The position numbers and the translations under genes are program-made. A DNA stretch of 64,000 nt from Nitrospinaceae bacterium (lineage in GTDB: Bacteria; Nitrospinota; Nitrospinia; Nitrospinales; Nitrospinaceae): the NCBI GenBank assembly GCA_965223665.1, contig OZ245011.1:2848001-2912000 (forward strand), given 5' to 3'. This document shows, one piece after another, positions 59,272 through 64,000 of this stretch (positions within the stretch are counted from its first letter, which is position 1; every line of letters starts with the position of its first letter). The notes beneath the pieces were generated by a model, which made no database searches, was not told the origin of the DNA, and saw only the letters and a list, made by a program, of their open reading frames with translations.

Positions 59272-60969
59272 TTATGCAAACAAACTAATAGATTGATTTT
59301 CATTAAAATATAAATTTCGGGTAACTATTTTCGAATCTTCTAAATTTCTTTCGATCTCATTTAAATTTTGACCAAATCCATTATATGGCTTTAAATTTTG
59401 TTCTCTCTGATTTGCAGTGTTTTGATTTTGGTCACCCCCGACAAGGACAGTAAAACTATCAATTTTTAAACCCTGACTGGATATGGAATCTTTTAATTGA
59501 TTTAAGTTTGTTTCAATAATTTGTTTTACAGAATGATTTTCTGCAACAATCAGAGTTTTCACTGTTTCCCCGCTAGAGGTAACATTCATACGAACCGTCC
59601 CCAAAGAAGGGGGATCCAATCGAATGTTAAATTCTCTATTCCCATTCATACCTCGAAGGGAAAATTTTTCTACTATTTGAGTAGTGACTGATTTTTCTAC
59701 TGTAGCCCTAGAGCTGTAGGTTTCTTGAAATGCAGGTTTTAAAGCCTCCACCGACTTGGTAGATGAATCCGATGCCCCCTGGGCTAATGATCCTAAAGTA
59801 CCATCGACACTGTGGTTTAAATTTGTAATGTTAGCTCCAGAAGTGTTGCCTAAAGTAAGGGATGAATTTACCGAAACTTTTCCCATCATATACGCTAAGG
59901 GTGACGGAAGACCTGAATCGACTCCTTTTTGTGTCATCAGGAGAGATGATATTTGCGTAGGGGACTCATTGTTTGGACTTGTTAAATTTAAAGTTTCAAA
60001 AGAAATTTTGGATTGTGCCTGTGATGTTTTTTCCGAAGACAATTTGGATACATTTTGACTCGAATGGCTAATATTATTTTTTAAACTTTTCTCTCCTTTT
60101 AAAATAGAATCAAAAGTTTTAGATAATAATTTTTCACTTCCAGATTTTCCTGCCCTGTTTGAATTGGATAATCCCTGTTGAATTTTTTCTATAATAGATC
60201 TCGCTTGATCTTCCGTAAGCCCAGCCTGCTTTAGTATTTCCAGTGCTAACTGTTCTGGTCGCAGGTTTGAAGATGAATTTCCGTTTCCATTAGTCAGTTT
60301 TTCTAATTCCGCGGTTAGCCCAGACGCACCCACTGCCTGCAGTAAATCAGGTAATGTTTTTATAATTTCCTGAACTTTATTTTGATCCCCTTTGAGATTT
60401 TGTAATATAGACTCAATTGTATCTGAATCTACTTTCAAAGCTTTAAGTTGATCTACCAGCGTTTGTTCATGGGTTTTATTTTGTGCGGTGGAGTTAGATT
60501 CCGTTGATTGGAGTTTTTCATTTATTGGGTTTGAATCTTTTTGAGAAACTGTGTTTTCATTTTTTGTGGTTTCGTCAGACTCTTTGAGATTAGAATTCGA
60601 GTTACTTTTGTTGTCTACTGATTTGATATTAGATTCTGGTTTATTATTTTTAGAAACTTCTTCCTTTGTATTTTTAAAATTTCGAGAATCATTGGAATTC
60701 TCTCTTATGGATCTTTCAGTTAAAGACTCAGGCTTAGTTTCTTGAGAATGATCAGATTTAGAATTTTCTATTCGCGGCGAGGGAGACTCTTCTTTATATT
60801 TAGATTGAAATGATGTGGAAGATTCTTTTACTTTTGGTTGGTGCATTTCTCCTTGAAATAATTGATCAAAACTTGTCTGACCATTGGAACGAATCCCAAA
60901 TTGACCCTGGCTGTTTTGATTCGGTTTGGTTCCGGTCAATAACCCAGTAATATTAATTTTATTCTCCAC
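59272..60969 (-). CDS. fliK: Flagellar hook-length control protein FliK
   Basis: Low-complexity N-terminus; IRLDPPSLGTV...L.QLKDSI..QGL domain; upstream of flgD. Confidence 0.9.
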   Translation of the reverse strand: MENKINITGLLTGTKPNQNSQGQFGIRSNGQTSFDQLFQGEMHQPKVKESSTSFQSKYKEESPSPRIENSKSDHSQETKPESLTERSIRENSNDSRNFKNTKEEVSKNNKPESNIKSVDNKSNSNSNLKESDETTKNENTVSQKDSNPINEKLQSTESNSTAQNKTHEQTLVDQLKALKVDSDTIESILQNLKGDQNKVQEIIKTLPDLLQAVGASGLTAELEKLTNGNGNSSSNLRPEQLALEILKQAGLTEDQARSIIEKIQQGLSNSNRAGKSGSEKLLSKTFDSILKGEKSLKNNISHSSQNVSKLSSEKTSQAQSKISFETLNLTSPNNESPTQISSLLMTQKGVDSGLPSPLAYMMGKVSVNSSLTLGNTSGANITNLNHSVDGTLGSLAQGASDSSTKSVEALKPAFQETYSSRATVEKSVTTQIVEKFSLRGMNGNREFNIRLDPPSLGTVRMNVTSSGETVKTLIVAENHSVKQIIETNLNQLKDSISSQGLKIDSFTVLVGGDQNQNTANQREQNLKPYNGFGQNLNEIERNLEDSKIVTRNLYFNENQSISLFA

Positions 60970-61025
60970 CCACTAATTCCTTGTTAGGTTTTATTAACAC
61001 CATCCTGGTTTGGTTAACTTTAAAA

Positions 61026-61042
61026 AGCAAAAGGTATGCCAA
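61026..61042 (-). promoter_or_regulatory. Sigma-54 promoter for fliK-flgD-flgE
   Basis: Minus strand TTGGCATACCTTTTGCT, GG-N10-GC. Confidence 0.8.
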
Positions 61043-61161
61043 ATGATAATTCGTTTCTAAAGAACGATTTTTGAATGAATTTTGATTGGAATAAATGGCC
61101 TGTATGTTAGGAAAGAAATGCCGAATAGGAAAAATTTGCTGGCAAGAAAATCATTACAATT

Positions 61162-61680
61162 TTAGAATTTAGGTTTATCACTGATCCATTCCTTAGGACT
61201 AAGAAACTCAAAAATTTGAATAATGTGTTGGGCAGCTTCTACAGATTCCAATTTAGTTAAATCCATATTTACCATTTTTTCATGGAAGAGGGTGTGAAAA
61301 TAATCTTTTATTCTTGAATCCTGGGTATTTACATTTTCTTGACTAAGAGGAATATCAGCTAAAATCCCTACGTCTATCCAAAATCCTCCACATTTTGCAC
61401 ACTGATTAATTTCATATTCGTAATTCTTGTCGAAAAAATGTCTATAAAGCAACGTTGTTGTACATTTTGGACATATATGGGTAACATCACGAAAAGAACG
61501 AATTCCAGAAGCACGGTTAATGGTAAAAAGGGACTTTCCCGAGGAGTTAGGACATTCTTTTAACTTTTTTATTGCTTCACGATCAAACCAAAATCCCCCG
61601 CACCCTCCATCACATGCATATACACAAATTGAAGAAATTAAGAATTTAGAAAGCTGGTTATTACAAGAGGGACAAATCAT
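61162..61680 (-). CDS. Double zf-TFIIB-like zinc-ribbon protein
   Basis: CPSC...CDGGCGGFWFD and CPKC...CAKCGGFWID. Confidence 0.8.
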   Translation of the reverse strand: MICPSCNNQLSKFLISSICVYACDGGCGGFWFDREAIKKLKECPNSSGKSLFTINRASGIRSFRDVTHICPKCTTTLLYRHFFDKNYEYEINQCAKCGGFWIDVGILADIPLSQENVNTQDSRIKDYFHTLFHEKMVNMDLTKLESVEAAQHIIQIFEFLSPKEWISDKPKF

Positions 61681-61798
61681 TTTTATTTTCTATGATAAAA
61701 ATTTCCACTAAAACTTAATTCTTTACAGATCAATTTAAACAAATATTATTCAATCGCTTCATTCTTTGGAGTCGTTTGATAAAAACAATAAATATTAT

Positions 61799-62242
61799 TT
61801 AATAGTTTTTTATCAACATAGCTCCGGCAATTAATAAAAGACCTCCTAAAATTCTTCCTGTACTCATTGTTTGAATGGGAAAACCCAGTATACCAAAATG
61901 ATCAAAAATCAATGATGTCAACAACTGACCGGCAATAATAAACGCAATTAAGGTTGAAGCTCCAATTTTTGGTCCTACTAAAATACCCGTCCATACTAAA
62001 TATGCGCCTAAAGCACCGCCTGTCCATAGCCACCAGGGGATAGAAAGAGCCTTTCCCAAAGTGGGCCACGTGACACGAAAAAATATCACGTAGAATAGCA
62101 GTACTATAGTTCCACCAGCAAAAGATGAAAACGCTGCCCAAACGGTACTATCTACACGGTTTGCCAGTTGCGCATTGATACCCGCTTGTAATGGAATGAA
62201 GATTCCTGCAACAAAAGCCAGCAATAAATAAACATTTCCCAT
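61799..62242 (-). CDS. DMT family transporter (YdcZ/DUF606)
   Basis: QAGINAQL, PWWLWTGGALG, GQL..SL..DHFG. Confidence 0.9.
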   Translation of the reverse strand: MGNVYLLLAFVAGIFIPLQAGINAQLANRVDSTVWAAFSSFAGGTIVLLFYVIFFRVTWPTLGKALSIPWWLWTGGALGAYLVWTGILVGPKIGASTLIAFIIAGQLLTSLIFDHFGILGFPIQTMSTGRILGGLLLIAGAMLIKNY

Positions 62243-62405
62243 AATTACCTCTTATAAAATAAATCCACTCTGTAAATTAAATTCAGAGATTTCATTGATT
62301 AACTACTCAACCCAAAAAATAATCTTTTATCTTTTGAATGAGTTTTATTAAAGTAGAGCTAATTTGAATAAATAACAACTCTATTAAAAATATTTCGGTA
62401 ATTTC

Positions 62406-64000
62406 ATGAACCCATCCAAAAAAATTTATCCCATTCCTATTGTTGGGTTAGTTCTATTATATTTACTACTCAGATTACCCGGATTGACTTCCCTACCTAT
62501 CTCCTCTGAAGAAGCCACATTCATTCATTTTTCCCAAATCATTAGTTCAGAAATAAATGAACTTTTTATTTCCCAAGCAGATGGAAGACAACCGCTTTTT
62601 TCATGGTTGGTAATTCTCCCACTTCAATTTTTTGATGACCCGTTGTTTGCTGGGCGCATTATTTCTATTGTGGCGGGCTTAGCTTCCACAATTGGAATTT
62701 TTATTGTTGGTTGCCAACTTTGGAGATTCTCGGTTGGTTTTGTCGCAAGCTTAACTTATCTTTTTTGTCCTTATACATTTTTCTTCGACCGTTTAGCACT
62801 CCCGGATAGCTTAGTTTCTGCATTCGGTATTGCGTTATTCTGGACAACGGTAAAAATTGTTGAGAAAGAAAAAATTTTGGAAAAGCGTTTCTGGGTAATA
62901 GGAATTATATATGGACTAGCAGTAATGACTCAAACCAATGCTCTTTTTTTAGGGGTAATACCTATTAGCTTTTTTTTGGCATGGAAGACATTCCATAATC
63001 CTGGATTTTGGAAATCACTAAGGACCAGTGGCGCATTAGTAATGATTTTCATTTTAACTACTTTAATGTTGGGACCAGATGCAGTATCCGGAAGAATCAA
63101 TTTTTTTCATGATCCTGACATATATTTGAAACCTGGAACATTATTTCTTTTTCCATTGGATATTTGGTTTCATAATTTATCATTAGTCTGGGATTTATAT
63201 TTGGGTTTTTTGTTGCTCCCATTCATAATAATTCTAATAGTTGGTCTGTTTTATCTTTTTACAAAAAAAGATAAATATGAAATAGTTTTGTGGACTTGGG
63301 GTTTGTTACCGCCGTTAGCAATTTCTTTATTCAGTCAAAAAATCTCTTCCTCCTATTTTGTCACCTTCATACCTCCTTTAATATTAATTGGAAGTTTAAA
63401 TATTAATCGCCTGGCTCACACCCTTCTAAAAAAATTCAGACATTGGTTCTCCATTTTTAATCCCTCCTCTTTAGTTCCGCAAGGTATAGCATATAGCTTG
63501 TTTCTAATGCCCATTTTTTTAAACGGTGGGATTTATCAAATGACTCTGATTCATAATCCCATAGAATCACCATTGCCGAAATTAGATAGGGAACAATATA
63601 TTGAAGGACCAACATCAGGTTTTGGAATTCGAGAGGCTGCTAATTTTTTAATATCTATTTCTAAAAACTTTAAGGCAGGACCTGGTCATGAGTTTCCTAT
63701 AATTCTCCCAATGGAAGCCGGCAACCCCCAGGAAGGAATCACAGTTTATTTATTTAATGAGTCCACCATTCGCCGGGTCCCGGCTTTTTGGTGGCCAAAA
63801 AATGTTAACCTGATTCCCAAAGAGGTAAGGTTTTCTTTAAGACCTTCAATTTATCAATATTTTTCTGCCCTACGACGGGAAACACATTTGCTAGACCACG
63901 CTGCATTTATTTTTCCCGTAGGAAACTATAATTTAGAAAAATTTAAAAAATTCAATCCAGAATTTGAAGAGATTTGGCGAAAAACCAAACCAAAAAACGG
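62406..64000 (+). CDS. GT-C (GT39/ArnT-like) membrane glycosyltransferase, cut by the right edge; not in ORF track
   Basis: Manual translation MNPSKKIYPIPIVGLVLLYLLLRLPGLTSLPISSEEATFI...DGRQPLFSW...DPLFAGR; same frame gives PLPKLDREQYIEGPTSGFG near 63570. Confidence 0.8.
   Translation, partial: MNPSKKIYPIPIVGLVLLYLLLRLPGLTSLPISSEEATFIHFSQIISSEINELFISQADGRQPLFSWLVILPLQFFDDPLFAGRIISIVAGLASTIGIFIVGCQLWRFSVGFVASLTYLFCPYTFFFDRLALPDSLVSAFGIALFWTTVKIVEKEKILEKRFWVIGIIYGLAVMTQTNALFLGVIPISFFLAWKTFHNPGFWKSLRTSGALVMIFILTTLMLGPDAVSGRINFFHDPDIYLKPGTLFLFPLDIWFHNLSLVWDLYLGFLLLPFIIILIVGLFYLFTKKDKYEIVLWTWGLLPPLAISLFSQKISSSYFVTFIPPLILIGSLNINRLAHTLLKKFRHWFSIFNPSSLVPQGIAYSLFLMPIFLNGGIYQMTLIHNPIESPLPKLDREQYIEGPTSGFGIREAANFLISISKNFKAGPGHEFPIILPMEAGNPQEGITVYLFNESTIRRVPAFWWPKNVNLIPKEVRFSLRPSIYQYFSALRRETHLLDHAAFIFPVGNYNLEKFKKFNPEFEEIWRKTKPKN

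Noticed and set aside
61043-61070. Fur-like AATGATAAT near the fliK promoter
   Set aside because: Half-site only
1179-62141. Numerous short antisense or alternate-frame ORFs in the track (e.g. 5182-5589, 12534-12968, 14421-14858, 55747-56214, 59756-60058)
   Set aside because: They overlap well-supported genes and show no recognisable motif; they are shadow ORFs
1-64000. tRNA, rRNA, CRISPR array, IS or prophage
   Set aside because: None recognised by eye; small RNAs could have been missed without covariance searches

Overview
AT-rich bacterial chromosome segment with no rRNA, tRNA, CRISPR array, prophage or transposase that I can recognise. Gene content and order resemble Nitrospinota or deltaproteobacteria-like lineages; this is an inference, not a database result. 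Housekeeping genes include miaB, fabF, nagZ, ppdK, glyS, mnmG, apt, yacG, hpnH and cbiA/cobB. Motility genes include type IV pilus genes (partial pilM; pilF-rodZ-pilT-pilU-like-Zn ribbon-cNMP-pilC-pilS) and flagellar genes (orphan flaG; fliK-flgD-flgE under a sigma-54 promoter; a Maf-like gene). An accessory-looking stretch of stress, redox and envelope genes spans about 30-41.4 kb. Three real CDS are missing from the ORF track: pilM (5' part), a 58-aa basic Hc1-like protein, and a GT-C glycosyltransferase cut by the right edge. The most interesting signals are: (1) two tandem ModE-type operators directly upstream of an alginate-export-family porin, suggesting a molybdate-regulated outer-membrane channel; (2) a self-contained operon of two paralogous secreted proteins of unknown family with a near-consensus sigma-28 promoter, strong RBSs and its own terminator; (3) a peptidoglycan-binding + cytochrome c + cupredoxin-like fusion; (4) a membrane-anchored STAND/TPR protein sitting where glyQ would normally be.
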